From positions 5,024,001 to 5,088,000 of the forward strand of contig OZ242374.1 in the NCBI GenBank assembly GCA_965209055.1: a DNA stretch of 64,000 bases, given 5' to 3'. Below the pieces are notes generated by a model, which did not search any database, was not told the origin of the DNA, and saw only the letters and a list, made by a program, of their open reading frames with translations. A program made the position numbers and the translations under genes. Positions 50,601-59,733 of this stretch are shown here, piece after piece. Numbering within the stretch: position 1 is the first letter of the stretch; every line of letters begins with the position of its first letter. Source of the stretch: Acidobacteriota bacterium. Its GTDB lineage: Bacteria > Acidobacteriota > UBA6911 > RPQK01 > JAJDTT01.

Positions 50601-51037
50601 GGGGCATCTCCATACAGATGAAGCCTCATGACCGGGTCATAGGCGGGATCGAAGCGCAGAATCACCGGTTTCTCCGCTTCGATGGGGAGGTTGGCCAGAT
50701 CCAGCTTCTCCCTCACGTCCATGACCGCCAGGTCCATGTCCGTGTCCCAGCCGAACTCCAGGATGACTTCCGACTGGCCCGGGCGGGATATCGAGCTGAT
50801 GCGGGAGAGGCCGGGAACCACCCCGACGTTCTCCTCCACGGGACGGGTCACCAGCGCCTCGACCTCTTCCGGAGCCGCGTCTTCGAATTCCGTCTGTATC
50901 GTCAGGGAGGGATAGGAGATGTCGGGCAGGAGATCCAGCGAGAGCCGGTCCACCGAAACCGCCCCGAAGAGGCAGACCGCCACCACGAACATGGAGACGG
51001 TGACCGGGCGGCGGATCGCGGTCCTGACGGTTCTCAT
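47636..51037 (-). CDS. RND efflux transporter permease subunit
   Basis: AIRRPV start; GMLVDNSIVVLESI, SQFESL.HPF, RLRPILMT. Confidence 0.95.
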   Translation of the reverse strand: MRTVRTAIRRPVTVSMFVVAVCLFGAVSVDRLSLDLLPDISYPSLTIQTEFEDAAPEEVEALVTRPVEENVGVVPGLSRISSISRPGQSEVILEFGWDTDMDLAVMDVREKLDLANLPIEAEKPVILRFDPAYDPVMRLHLYGDAPLSRIRDLAERKVKQGLESTSGVAAVKVAGGREEQIRIEIEEKRLAELNIPVSEVSSVIREANLNQASGSLYDLDANYLVRVLNEFQSVEEIRNLIIRDLDGRRVVLGDVARVWRGTKERDVISRFNGRESVELRVYKEGDANAVAVSEAVRERLEQLKEQKTYPGELTHEIVYDQAQFINLAIRNVAAAALLGGLLATFVLFVFLRDLRSTATIGLSIPISVMATFTLMHQTGVTLNIMSLGGVALGVGMLVDNSIVVLESIHRHRRRNADLAEAVYQGTREVGKAVAASTLTTVAVFLPMIFVEGIAGQLFKDQALTITYALLASLAVALTVIPMVLSRRRISVEPVRRSGNGQAPAAGGEDGRLSRLVRAAGRGGARVLKFLTVDLVLVVVGDLRRLLRTLGRGLLRLLNPLLGRVDSGFESLRRIYPRLLAWALDHKGSVLTLTLGLVAGSAGLAQFLGAELIPSLVQGKFSFEIQLPQGKPLEETDRIIREVESRVLDLDGVATVSSSVGGGADDQFATGPLEEHRGWIHVSMKDGRDKAGEERVIGRTRSLLGQYPGLTHLFGRPTLFSFREPVEVEIYSYDLAAQRSVAEKVMDRLSGIDGVADVQSSTRLGNPEVQISFRREQLARLGLDEGQAAEIVRSKIRGDVASRYRDQERQLDILVQAAESDRDAIQDIRDLVINTRQERTGADGNRSGAQDGARSRAFGERSGEGGAASGSNPGRTEMGSEAGEEDSQVPIRLGSVARVQLSRGPGEIRRVGSQRAAVVSANLAGADLGTVSQKIEAQLSGMSRELPPDSVVALGGQHREYDRSRSSLLFALALAVLLVYLVMASQFESLVHPFVILFTVPVALVGVVAALFVTGSTVSVMVLLGVIILVGIVVNNGIVLIDYTNQLRHRGLSRREALIEAGQVRLRPILMTTLTTVLGLLPMALGWGEGSEVRTPMAITVMGGLLFATLLTLILVPVLYEGLDRRAETSSHAG

Positions 51038-51047
51038 GGGCTGGCGG

Positions 51048-52262
51048 TCACGGGCTCGGGCCGGTTACCCGGACCTTGGCGCCCTCGTTCAACTGACCGT
51101 GGCCGGCGACCACGAGGGAGTCGCCGGGGACGACGCCCTCCAGGACCTCGACGGCCTGGTCCCGCTGATAGCCCAATCGGACCGGACGGCGGTGGGCGAG
51201 ACCATCCCGGACCAGGAAGACGAAGCTCTGGCCGTCCTGCTCCCGGAGCGCCCTCCTGGGGATGATGGTGGCGTTCTCGCGAGTGTCGGTGCGGATGTCG
51301 ACCCGGACGAAGGCTCCCGGCCTGAAGAGGGCATTGGTCGAAACCAGCTCCACGGTGACCTTGACGGTTCCGGTGGACTCGTCCACCACGGGACTGATTC
51401 GGATCACCCGTCCCTCGATGGACTCCGCCCCGCCGGCGTCGAAACCGATGGAGGCCACCTGTCCGGGACGGACCAGGCGGACGTCGCGCTCGGCGACGTG
51501 CACGTCCGCGTAGAGCGGAGAAAACGCGCCCAGACGGAAGAGCGAATCCGCTCCCCGGATCGTTTGGCCCAGTTCAACGGTCCGCTGGGTGATGCGGCCG
51601 GAGAAGGGGGCGCGAATCTCGCTGCGGGAGATCTCCAGCTTGACCTGCTCGATTTCGGCTTCCAGCTCGCTGACCCGGTGGGTGAACTCCCGGACTTCGG
51701 AAGCGGCGGCGCGCTCGTCGTGCTCCAATTCGGCGATCTGGTAGCGAAGCGTGGCCACCTCCTCTTCGCTGACCAGGTCATCGGCAAAGGCCCGCTCCTT
51801 CCGGTCCAATTCCAAGGCGGTGTTCTTGATCTGAACCTGGGCCTTCTGTCCCCGGATCCGGGCCTTTTCCAACTGGATTCGGGTCTGGGCCAGCTTCTCC
51901 TCGGTGAGCCGGAGGCGGATCACCAGCTCCCGGTCGTCCAGGACGCACAGGAGCTGTCCCTCTTGGACATAATCTCCCTCTTCGGCCAGGACGCTGCGCA
52001 CGGTGCCTTCCGCCTGGGCCATGAGCTCCACTTCCCGCAGGGCCCTCAGGTTGGACGTCGAGGTCAGGTACGAGGAGATGGCGCCTTGACGGACCTGGTC
52101 CAGCTCGACCGGGATCGCTCCGTCCTCCGGTTTCTCTTCCTGGGAGGCGTCCGCGGACGGATCTTCGGAGTCTGTGTCCAGGTAGGGAGATCCAAAGTGC
52201 CAGGCGGCGGCCAGAATCGCCACGACGATCAGGAAACCGTAAACCTTCAGTCGGATCTTCAT
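51048..52262 (-). CDS. RND periplasmic adaptor (MFP) subunit
   Basis: N-terminal TM anchor, lipoyl halves (EEGDYVQEGQLL; IRAPFSG), coiled-coil hairpin, SPVVDESTGT, FRPGAF. Confidence 0.93.
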   Translation of the reverse strand: MKIRLKVYGFLIVVAILAAAWHFGSPYLDTDSEDPSADASQEEKPEDGAIPVELDQVRQGAISSYLTSTSNLRALREVELMAQAEGTVRSVLAEEGDYVQEGQLLCVLDDRELVIRLRLTEEKLAQTRIQLEKARIRGQKAQVQIKNTALELDRKERAFADDLVSEEEVATLRYQIAELEHDERAAASEVREFTHRVSELEAEIEQVKLEISRSEIRAPFSGRITQRTVELGQTIRGADSLFRLGAFSPLYADVHVAERDVRLVRPGQVASIGFDAGGAESIEGRVIRISPVVDESTGTVKVTVELVSTNALFRPGAFVRVDIRTDTRENATIIPRRALREQDGQSFVFLVRDGLAHRRPVRLGYQRDQAVEVLEGVVPGDSLVVAGHGQLNEGAKVRVTGPSP

Positions 52263-52411
52263 TGCGGACCACTGGAGGAGCCACCCGGAACTGATGAATT
52301 CCAAACCGGGGCGGCACCTCGGCGTTCAACATACTATACGACAGGCTGGGCCTGTTCGTTCCGTCGGTAGATGGTACGATCGCGCCCAAGTCCCCCGATG
52401 AGGAGGCCTCC

Positions 52412-54052
52412 ATGATGGTTCCGTTTCCCCGACCCGCGCTGGCGATGAGCGTCCTTTTGCCGGCAATCCTGCTGCAGTTGACTCCGGCCCGGGCGCACGA
52501 GATCACCCGCGCCGCCTTTCTCAAGCGGCACAACGTCGCCGCGCTGGCCCGTCCGGTGGGATTCGGGGCCTTGTCCGGTCACGAAGTCTGCCGCTTGAAG
52601 GTAGCCCTGACGGAGGAAGGAACCGGGGCCGGGCTCGCCGGGTTGATCCGGGTCACTCCCGAAGGCAGCGAGGAGGCGCTGGAGCTGCCGGGGCTCTTTC
52701 ACCGGTCCCGGGGCTGGCACACGCTGCCTCCGTCCGCCGAGCTCGCGGTTCCCCGGACCCGTCTCCGGATCGAGGCGCTGCACGGACTGGAGACGGAGAA
52801 GACGACAACGACCCTGGACCTTTCGGGAAGAGACCGGGCGGAGATCCGGTTGCCCCTGCGCCGCATCTATGACCCGCGGGCCAGAGGGCTGAAGTCCGGG
52901 AATACCCATCTCCACCTCGCGAGAATCACCTTCCGGGACGCCGAGCGCTACTTGCGGGAGGTGCCCCTGGGGGACGGACTGGACCTCCTGTTCGTCTCCT
53001 ACCTGCGGAGAATGCCGGACGAGGCCCGCTATACGACCAACGGGTTCACCCGGGCGGATCTCGACAGGCTCTCGGGTGGCGGAATCGACTTCGGATGGGG
53101 CCAGGAGCACCGCCACAACTTCGGCTCGGGGGAGCAGGGTTACGGTCACGTGATGCTCCTGAACCTGCTCAAGCTGATCCGGCCGGTGAGCATCGGCCCC
53201 GGCATCATGGGCGCGGGCAACGACGGACGCCCCCTGCAGACGGGGATTCGGGAGGCCCGGACGGACGGCGGCACCGTCATCTGGTGTCACAACGCCTTCG
53301 GTCACGAGGACCTTCCCAACTGGATGGCGGGCTTGGTGGACGCCCAGAACATCTTCGACGGGGGCTCCAGGGGGCACTACTCCGAGACCTTCTACCGCTA
53401 CCTGAACCTGGGCTTGAAGGTCCCCTTCTCGACCGGAACAGACTGGTTCATCTACGACTTCGCCCGAGTCTACGTCCCGCTGGAGGGACCGGTCACGGAG
53501 CGGGAATGGCTGGAGGTCCTCTCCCAGGGGCGCTCCTACATCACCAACGGCCCGTTTCTGGAGTTGGAAGCCGGGGGACGGCAGCCCGGCGGCACGATCT
53601 CCGTTTCCGGAAAAAAGACGGTGCGGGTCCGGGGCCGGGGTGTGGGCCGCATGGACTTCAAGGCCCTGGAACTGATCGTCAACGGGCGTGTCGTCCATTC
53701 CGTTTCGAGCCGTCCGTCGGAAGGTCATTTCGTGGCCGACCTGGACTTCCCTCTCCAGGTTTCCGATCCGGGATGGATGGCTCTGCGCATTCCTCCGAAC
53801 CTGCCCGAGAACGAGCTGGCCCGGTCCCTGTTCGCACACACCAGCCCCATCTATCTCCAGCAGAACGGCCGGTCCATCTTCCGGCCCGAGGTCGCCCGGG
53901 AGGTGTTGGCGGAGATGGAGGAGAGCGTGGCGAAGATTCATTCGCTGGGGTCATTCTCCAGTTCCCGGGACCGGGAATCGGTGCTTCGCGTCTACCGGGA
54001 GGGGATCCGGATCCTGAGCCGGCGGCTGGCGGATCGGAAGGGCGATTTCTAA
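52412..54052 (+). CDS. CehA/McbA-like PHP-fold metallohydrolase, secreted
   Basis: SGNTHLH, GQEHRH..YGH, WCH, YLNLGLKVPFSTGTD, GRSYITNGP, AHTSPIY. Confidence 0.8.
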   Translation: MMVPFPRPALAMSVLLPAILLQLTPARAHEITRAAFLKRHNVAALARPVGFGALSGHEVCRLKVALTEEGTGAGLAGLIRVTPEGSEEALELPGLFHRSRGWHTLPPSAELAVPRTRLRIEALHGLETEKTTTTLDLSGRDRAEIRLPLRRIYDPRARGLKSGNTHLHLARITFRDAERYLREVPLGDGLDLLFVSYLRRMPDEARYTTNGFTRADLDRLSGGGIDFGWGQEHRHNFGSGEQGYGHVMLLNLLKLIRPVSIGPGIMGAGNDGRPLQTGIREARTDGGTVIWCHNAFGHEDLPNWMAGLVDAQNIFDGGSRGHYSETFYRYLNLGLKVPFSTGTDWFIYDFARVYVPLEGPVTEREWLEVLSQGRSYITNGPFLELEAGGRQPGGTISVSGKKTVRVRGRGVGRMDFKALELIVNGRVVHSVSSRPSEGHFVADLDFPLQVSDPGWMALRIPPNLPENELARSLFAHTSPIYLQQNGRSIFRPEVAREVLAEMEESVAKIHSLGSFSSSRDRESVLRVYREGIRILSRRLADRKGDF

Positions 54053-54130
54053 TCGCCCCCTCGGCGTATTCGCGCGCGCTTCGTTCGCTTACGCTCACTC
54101 TGGAGGACGGCGGTTAGAAACCGCCGTTCC
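54036..54130. repeat. Inverted pair of REP-like palindromes (REPIN-like)
   Basis: GGAAGGGCGATTTCTAATCGCCC (54036, +; contains the upstream gene's TAA stop) and CGGCGGTTAGAAACCGCCGTTCC (54108, -). Confidence 0.7.
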
Positions 54131-54180
54131 AACCGTCGCTCCATTTGAGATTTGGGATTTTCCCCCTATGATGGTGCGTC

Positions 54181-54930
54181 GTGACTGATCCGTGGCTGTA
54201 TCCCTTGCTGGTCCTGGCCGGTATCGTTGCCGGCGCCCTGAACGTCATCGCCGGGGGAGGCTCCTTCCTGACGTTGCCCATTCTGATCTTCATGGGGCTT
54301 CCGGCCAGCGTCGCCAACGGCACCAACCGGGTGGGCATCTTCTTCCAGAACGTGGGCGCCGTCTGGGGATTCCACCGCAACCGGCTGATGGACTGGAAGT
54401 CCATCCTCTGGGCGGCTCTTCCGGCCAGCCTGGGAGCCGTTGCGGGCACCGTCCTCGCCCTCTCCATCGGCGACGCCGCCTTTCGGAGGGTGCTGGCCTT
54501 CCTGATGATCGCCGTGACCCTGTGGACGCTCTGGGACCCCCTGGGGAAAAAGGGCGAAGAGAGCCGCGGGAGGGGCGTTCGCCTGCCGGCTCTGGCGTTC
54601 GGTTTCTTCCTGACGGGCGTTTACGGAGGTTTCGTCCAGGCCGGAGTCGGGTTCCTGGTATTGGCCGCGACGACCATGGCCGGGCTGGACCTGGTCCGGG
54701 GGAACGCCGTCAAGGTGTTGAGCATCCTGGCTTTCACCGTCGTCTCTCTCGCCATTTTCGTCTCTCAGGGCAAGGTCTTGTGGCTTCCCGGGCTGGTTCT
54801 GGCCGTGGGGACGTTCGTGGGAGGGCAACTGGGAGTCCGGTTCACCGTGCTGAAGGGCCACGCCTGGGTCAAACGCGTGGTGACGGCGACGATCGTCGTC
54901 TTCGCAGTCAAGCTGTGGGTGACCGGTTGA
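54181..54930 (+). CDS. Sulfite exporter TauE/SafE family membrane protein
   Basis: AGGGSFLTLP, ANGTNR, GVYGGFVQAGVG. Confidence 0.9.
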   Translation: MTDPWLYPLLVLAGIVAGALNVIAGGGSFLTLPILIFMGLPASVANGTNRVGIFFQNVGAVWGFHRNRLMDWKSILWAALPASLGAVAGTVLALSIGDAAFRRVLAFLMIAVTLWTLWDPLGKKGEESRGRGVRLPALAFGFFLTGVYGGFVQAGVGFLVLAATTMAGLDLVRGNAVKVLSILAFTVVSLAIFVSQGKVLWLPGLVLAVGTFVGGQLGVRFTVLKGHAWVKRVVTATIVVFAVKLWVTG

Positions 54931-54979
54931 CCGGTATTCGATCCACCCGAATCCCAACCCATTTGACGGAGGTCTGCTC

Positions 54980-56470
54980 TTGAAGAGAGTCGGGATCGCG
55001 TCCTTGATGCATGAATCCAATACCTTCTATCCGGTGCCCACCACCCGGGAGATGTTCCGGGAGACCTGCCTGGTGTCGGGCCGGGAGGTCATCTCCCACT
55101 GGGGCGAGGCGCATCACGAGATTGGAGGCATGCTGGAGGTGCTTCCGGCTCAGGGTCTGGAGACGGTCCCCCTTCTCACCGGCACGGCCATGCCCTCGGG
55201 GCCGGTCCAGGAGGAAGCTTACGAGGAGATCCTGGCGGAGATCCTGGACCGGATCTCGGGCGAGTCCCTGGACGGACTTCTGCTGGCCCTGCACGGGGCC
55301 ATGGTGGCCGAGCACGTCCGGGACGCCGACGGGCGGACCGCCGCCAGTATCCGGCAACTGGTGGGCCCCGATCTGCCCATCGTCATGACGCTGGACCTCC
55401 ATGCCAACGTTTCTCCGCTCATGATCGAGAGCGTCACCGCCACCACCATCTATCGGACCTACCCGCATCTGGATCAGAGGGAACGGGGCCGGGAGGCCGC
55501 CCGCATCCTGGCGGAGACGCTGGAGGGCAGGATCCAACCCGTCCAGGCCCTGGTCAAACCTCCCCTCTGCATCAGCATCCTGGCTCAAGGGTCCCGCTAC
55601 GAGCCCGTAGCGGATCTTTACCGGCGAATGGAGGAATTGATCGGGCAGGAGGGGATCGTCAGCGCCAGCATCGCTCCCGGATTCGCCTACGCCGACGTGG
55701 AGGAAATGGGGCCGGCCTTTCTGGTGGTAACCGACGGCGATCGGTCGCTGGCCCGCAACGAGGCGTTGGCCCTGGCGCGCCGGGCCTGGAACCGTCGGGA
55801 CGAGCTGACCCTGCTGGGGACTCCCATCAAGCAGGCCGTTGCAGAAGCGATGGCCGCCGAAGCAGGCCCCGTCACGCTACTGGACGTGGGCGACAACGTG
55901 GGCGGCGGCAGCCCGGCCGACGGCACCCTGATCCTGGAGGAAGTGATTCGGACCGGGTCCGGGCCCGCACTGGTGGTGCTGTTCGACCCGGCTGCCGTAC
56001 AGGCCTGCGTGGCCTCCGGTGTGGGAACGGAAGTGTCGCTCGTGGTGGGCGGGAAGAGCGACGACCTGCACGGCCCGCCCATCCCCATCCGGGGACGGGT
56101 CCGTTGCCTGCACGACGGCGCCTTCGTGGAGGAAGAGCCCCGCCACGGCGGCGCCCGTTACAACAATCAGGGGCTCACCGCGCTGGTGGAGACCGGGGAA
56201 GGTCACGCCATCGTTCTGAATTCGCTCAGAATGGCGCCCATGAGCCTGGAGCAGGTCTTGAGCCTGGGCATCAAGCCGAATTCCTACCGGATCCTGGTGG
56301 CCAAGGGGGCCATCGCTCCGGTGGCGGCCTACGAGCCGGTTTCCAGCCGGATGGTCTACGTGGACACGCCCGGGATCACCTCCGCCAACCCGGCTCACTT
56401 CGAATACCGCTACCGTCCCCGCCCCCTCTACCCGTTCGAGCCGGAGACGGTCTGGGACGCTTCCCAGTGA
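54980..56470 (+). CDS. M81-family metallopeptidase (MlrC-like)
   Basis: HESNTF, LHGAM, DLHAN, YRTYPHLD, DNVGGG. Confidence 0.92.
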   Translation: MKRVGIASLMHESNTFYPVPTTREMFRETCLVSGREVISHWGEAHHEIGGMLEVLPAQGLETVPLLTGTAMPSGPVQEEAYEEILAEILDRISGESLDGLLLALHGAMVAEHVRDADGRTAASIRQLVGPDLPIVMTLDLHANVSPLMIESVTATTIYRTYPHLDQRERGREAARILAETLEGRIQPVQALVKPPLCISILAQGSRYEPVADLYRRMEELIGQEGIVSASIAPGFAYADVEEMGPAFLVVTDGDRSLARNEALALARRAWNRRDELTLLGTPIKQAVAEAMAAEAGPVTLLDVGDNVGGGSPADGTLILEEVIRTGSGPALVVLFDPAAVQACVASGVGTEVSLVVGGKSDDLHGPPIPIRGRVRCLHDGAFVEEEPRHGGARYNNQGLTALVETGEGHAIVLNSLRMAPMSLEQVLSLGIKPNSYRILVAKGAIAPVAAYEPVSSRMVYVDTPGITSANPAHFEYRYRPRPLYPFEPETVWDASQ

Positions 56471-56536
56471 TCTCCGCGCCGGCTTGCCGACCAGCGACCG
56501 ATAGTCGTAGTAGACTGCCCCGGTGGAAAACGTATG

Positions 56537-56605
56537 GGAGCGGCGTTTTCAACCGCCGAATTCTCGTAGTCCAAGGAGGAATGGGCGATTGGCAGTCGTC
56601 CCTCC
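56537..56605. repeat. Inverted pair of REP-like palindromes (degenerate)
   Basis: GGAGCGGCGTTTTCAACCGCCG (56537, +) and GGGCGATTGGCAGTCGTCCCTCC (56583, -). Confidence 0.6.
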
Positions 56606-56626
56606 TTTTTTCTTAGGAGAACAGGA

Positions 56627-57556
56627 ATGCTGACAAGAGAGAACATGGACGGTCTTTACATTCTCGTGGTCACTCCCTTCGACGACAGGTTTCATCTCGA
56701 TACGGAAGGATATCGGTACAACATCCGGAAGCTGGTCCGCATGGGAGTGGACGGCATCATCACCACCGGGACCAACGGCGAGTTCTTCGTGGTCAACGAC
56801 GAGGAACTGCGCACCATCAGCCGGATCACGGTGGAGGAATGCCAGGGAAGCGGGACCAGGGTCGTCGTGGGAGCCAGCGCCGTCAATACCGAGGAATCGA
56901 TCCGGCGCTCCCGCATCGCCATGGAGGAAGGGGCGGAAGGGGTCATGAACGTCGTCCCCTTCTACCAGACCCTGACCAAGGCCGAAGCCTACCAGTACTT
57001 CCGGGATCTCGCGGAAGCCTGCCCCGGCCTGGGCATCATCATCTACAACAACCCCGGCACCACCAAGCTGCTGCTCAACGACTCGGACTTCGTGGAACTC
57101 CAGGGGATTCCCACCGTGGCCGGCGTGAAGATGATCGGCGCCGACATGAGTCTCTATTTCAACAGCCTGAGGCGTACCGAGATCCCCCACTTCCCTCTGG
57201 AGCAGCTCTGGAGCGTGAGCCACGTTGTGGGGGGCAACGGAGTCATGGCCAGTTTCATCTACGCCTTCCCCGCCTTCATGCAGAGGTGGTGGAAGGCGAT
57301 CCGCGGCGGGGACGTGGCCCAGGCCCTGGCTTACCAGCACCAGTGCAACGAGATCTTGCAGGAAGCCATCATTCCCCTGGCGGGCGAGGGCTACAACGAC
57401 ACTTCTCTCACCAAGGCCACGGTGAACGCCGCCGGCTACTTCAAGGCGGGGCCGCCCCGTCCACCGTCGGAAGCGGCGCCGCCCGAAAGGATCGAACGGC
57501 TTCGCGAGACGCTGGAGAAAAAGTTCTCGCACTTTCTGGAGGACGAGATCCGCTGA
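56627..57556 (+). CDS. DapA/NAL-family class I aldolase or dehydratase
   Basis: TPF, GTNGEF, YNNP and Schiff-base Lys in GVKM. Confidence 0.88.
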   Translation: MLTRENMDGLYILVVTPFDDRFHLDTEGYRYNIRKLVRMGVDGIITTGTNGEFFVVNDEELRTISRITVEECQGSGTRVVVGASAVNTEESIRRSRIAMEEGAEGVMNVVPFYQTLTKAEAYQYFRDLAEACPGLGIIIYNNPGTTKLLLNDSDFVELQGIPTVAGVKMIGADMSLYFNSLRRTEIPHFPLEQLWSVSHVVGGNGVMASFIYAFPAFMQRWWKAIRGGDVAQALAYQHQCNEILQEAIIPLAGEGYNDTSLTKATVNAAGYFKAGPPRPPSEAAPPERIERLRETLEKKFSHFLEDEIR

Positions 57557-57596
57557 TTGCGGCCGAGTTGCTCCCGCCAACGGAATCGAGGAGACC

Positions 57597-58517
57597 ATGA
57601 ATCAGCTTCGAGGCACGCTCAAAGGGGTGGTGACCGCGCTGGGGACACCGCTGGACCGGAACGAGGACCTTCACGAGGAGGGCATGAGGAAGCAGATCCG
57701 AATGCAGTTGGCCGCCGGCGTGGACGGCCTCCTGGTGCTGGGGTCCATGGGCTGCATGCAGATGCTCAAGGACGAGGTCTTCACGGAAGCCGTGGAGGTG
57801 GCCATCGACGAGGTCAGGGGCGCCGTGCCCGTCATCGTGGGCTGCGGCGACACCAGCACGGAGCGGACTCTGGCGCGAATCCGGCTTGCCGAGAACTATC
57901 CCCTGGCCGGGGTGGCCCTGATTCCCCCCTTCATCTTCCGCTTCAGCCAGGCCGAGCTCCACGAATACTTCACCGGCGTGGCCTCCCGGACCAGCCTCCC
58001 GGTCTATCCCTACGACAATCCGGCGCTGACGGGCCATTCGCTGGAAGCTGAACTGGTCCGGGAGTTGGCCAGGCATCCCAACATCGTGGGGTTGAAGGCG
58101 TCCGGCGACTTCCTCACCTTCCGCCGTTCCGCGGAGCATTTCCGGGGATCGGAGTTCGCGGTCCTCTCGGGACACACCACTTTCTTCGACCTGGCTCTAA
58201 AACTGGGCGCTGTTGGAATCATCGAAGGGCTCTTCGCACTGGCGCCCGAGTATGGTGTCGAGATCTACCGAACCTTTCGGGAGGGAAATCCGGAAGGGTC
58301 CGCCGCGGCGCAGAGGAAGCTCCTGCGTTTGAGGGAGGTCGTGGCGTACGACTCGGTGTTCGCCGGCTTCACCTCCGCCATGAACCTGAGGGGGGTCCCC
58401 GGGAACTTCACTCCCCTTCCCTTCGCTCAGCCGACACAGCGGGGCCGCGAGCAGGTGGAGAAGGTGTTGCGGGACCTCGACCTTCTCAACCAGGGGGAGT
58501 CGGCGGGCAGCGCCTGA
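57597..58517 (+). CDS. DapA/NAL-family class I aldolase or dehydratase
   Basis: GSMG, PVIVGCG, YDNP and Schiff-base Lys in GLKAS. Confidence 0.88.
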   Translation: MNQLRGTLKGVVTALGTPLDRNEDLHEEGMRKQIRMQLAAGVDGLLVLGSMGCMQMLKDEVFTEAVEVAIDEVRGAVPVIVGCGDTSTERTLARIRLAENYPLAGVALIPPFIFRFSQAELHEYFTGVASRTSLPVYPYDNPALTGHSLEAELVRELARHPNIVGLKASGDFLTFRRSAEHFRGSEFAVLSGHTTFFDLALKLGAVGIIEGLFALAPEYGVEIYRTFREGNPEGSAAAQRKLLRLREVVAYDSVFAGFTSAMNLRGVPGNFTPLPFAQPTQRGREQVEKVLRDLDLLNQGESAGSA

Positions 58518-58541
58518 TTGCGGCCCACAGCGGGCGGAAGT

Positions 58542-59303
58542 TTACCCTCGTACGGCTGAGAGGAAGGCCGAGGCCTGGGCCCGGACCATGCCGGTGGCCT
58601 CCCCGAACGACAGGAAGTGAAATCCCCGGTCGATCCAGAAACGGCCCTGCTCCAGCGTCCCCACCACCATACCGCAAGGCTTCCCTGCGGCGCGCGCTCC
58701 CTCCAAGACACTGAGAATGGCGTCGACCACCACGGGATGGTCCCACTCCCCGCAGTGTCCCAGATTGAGGGAGAGATCATAGGGACCCAGCATCACGGCA
58801 TCGATCCAGTCGCGGTCGGCCAGGCCGGGAAGGGCCTCGATGCCCCGGGGAGTCTCCACCTGAAAACAGACGAAGAAGTCGTCCTCCACCTCCTGCCAGC
58901 CACTCAAATCGAGGCTTCGGGTGCGCATCACGGAGGGACCACCCGGCCCGCGGCGTCCCCGGGGCGGGACGAAGATGGCGCTCTTGACCGTCTCGAGCTG
59001 CTCCTCCCTCTCGGTCCAGGGAATCATGAATCCGGACGGACCCATGTCCGCGTAGCGGCGCAACAGGTGATAGACGCTGTCCTCGGGACGCAGGATGAGT
59101 GGCAGATCCAACAGGCGGGCGGTGCGGCACAGCTCTTCGGCCTTGGCCAGATCGGCGGCGCCATGCTCCATGTCCAGGAACACGAAGTCCATGCCCACCT
59201 GCTTGTAGATCTCCAGGTAGCCGGCCCAGAAGTCGAAGGTCATCAGGGTCCCCACCACCAACTCGCCCCGGGCCAGCTTCTGCTTCAGGGAAGCATTGAC
59301 CAT
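58542..59303 (-). CDS. HpcH/HpaI class II aldolase
   Basis: DMEHG, QVET, GPYDLS. Confidence 0.9.
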   Translation of the reverse strand: MVNASLKQKLARGELVVGTLMTFDFWAGYLEIYKQVGMDFVFLDMEHGAADLAKAEELCRTARLLDLPLILRPEDSVYHLLRRYADMGPSGFMIPWTEREEQLETVKSAIFVPPRGRRGPGGPSVMRTRSLDLSGWQEVEDDFFVCFQVETPRGIEALPGLADRDWIDAVMLGPYDLSLNLGHCGEWDHPVVVDAILSVLEGARAAGKPCGMVVGTLEQGRFWIDRGFHFLSFGEATGMVRAQASAFLSAVRG

Positions 59304-59304
59304 G

Positions 59305-59640
59305 TCAGGAGTCCTTGTACTCGTCCCGCACCGGATAGAAGACCTCCACGACTTCCGAATCCGCCTGGACCTGGCAGCCGTGAAACTTGTAGGGATCGAA
59401 GACGTAGGAATCGCCCCCTTCGGCCAGGAAGGTATCCGACTCCTCCTTGCCCACGAACTTGAGGGATCCGCTCACCACGTATCCCACCTGGCTGGCCCGG
59501 TGATTGTGCAGGGGAATGGTGGCCCCTTTGGACATGGAAAAGTGGCAGAGCATGACCTCCTCGTTGTAGGCGAGCGTCTTGCGCAGAATGCCCGGAATAC
59601 TGTCGTTTCCCTGAACTCCAGCGACCGAATGCTTCTTCAT
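59305..59640 (-). CDS. Cupin-domain protein (KdgF-like)
   Basis: PLHNH..QVGYV..H..VF.PVRDEY. Confidence 0.85.
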   Translation of the reverse strand: MKKHSVAGVQGNDSIPGILRKTLAYNEEVMLCHFSMSKGATIPLHNHRASQVGYVVSGSLKFVGKEESDTFLAEGGDSYVFDPYKFHGCQVQADSEVVEVFYPVRDEYKDS

Positions 59641-59733
59641 GAATCCTCCCTATTACTGTATTTTCGAGTGGTTAATCTGACGTCCGCCCCGGTGCGGGTC
59701 CAGTCTACACCGCCGGGCAGGCGGAGAGAGTCG

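Noticed and set aside
45025-51265. 864-aa and 1007-aa plus-strand ORFs
   Set aside because: Antisense shadows of the RND permeases.
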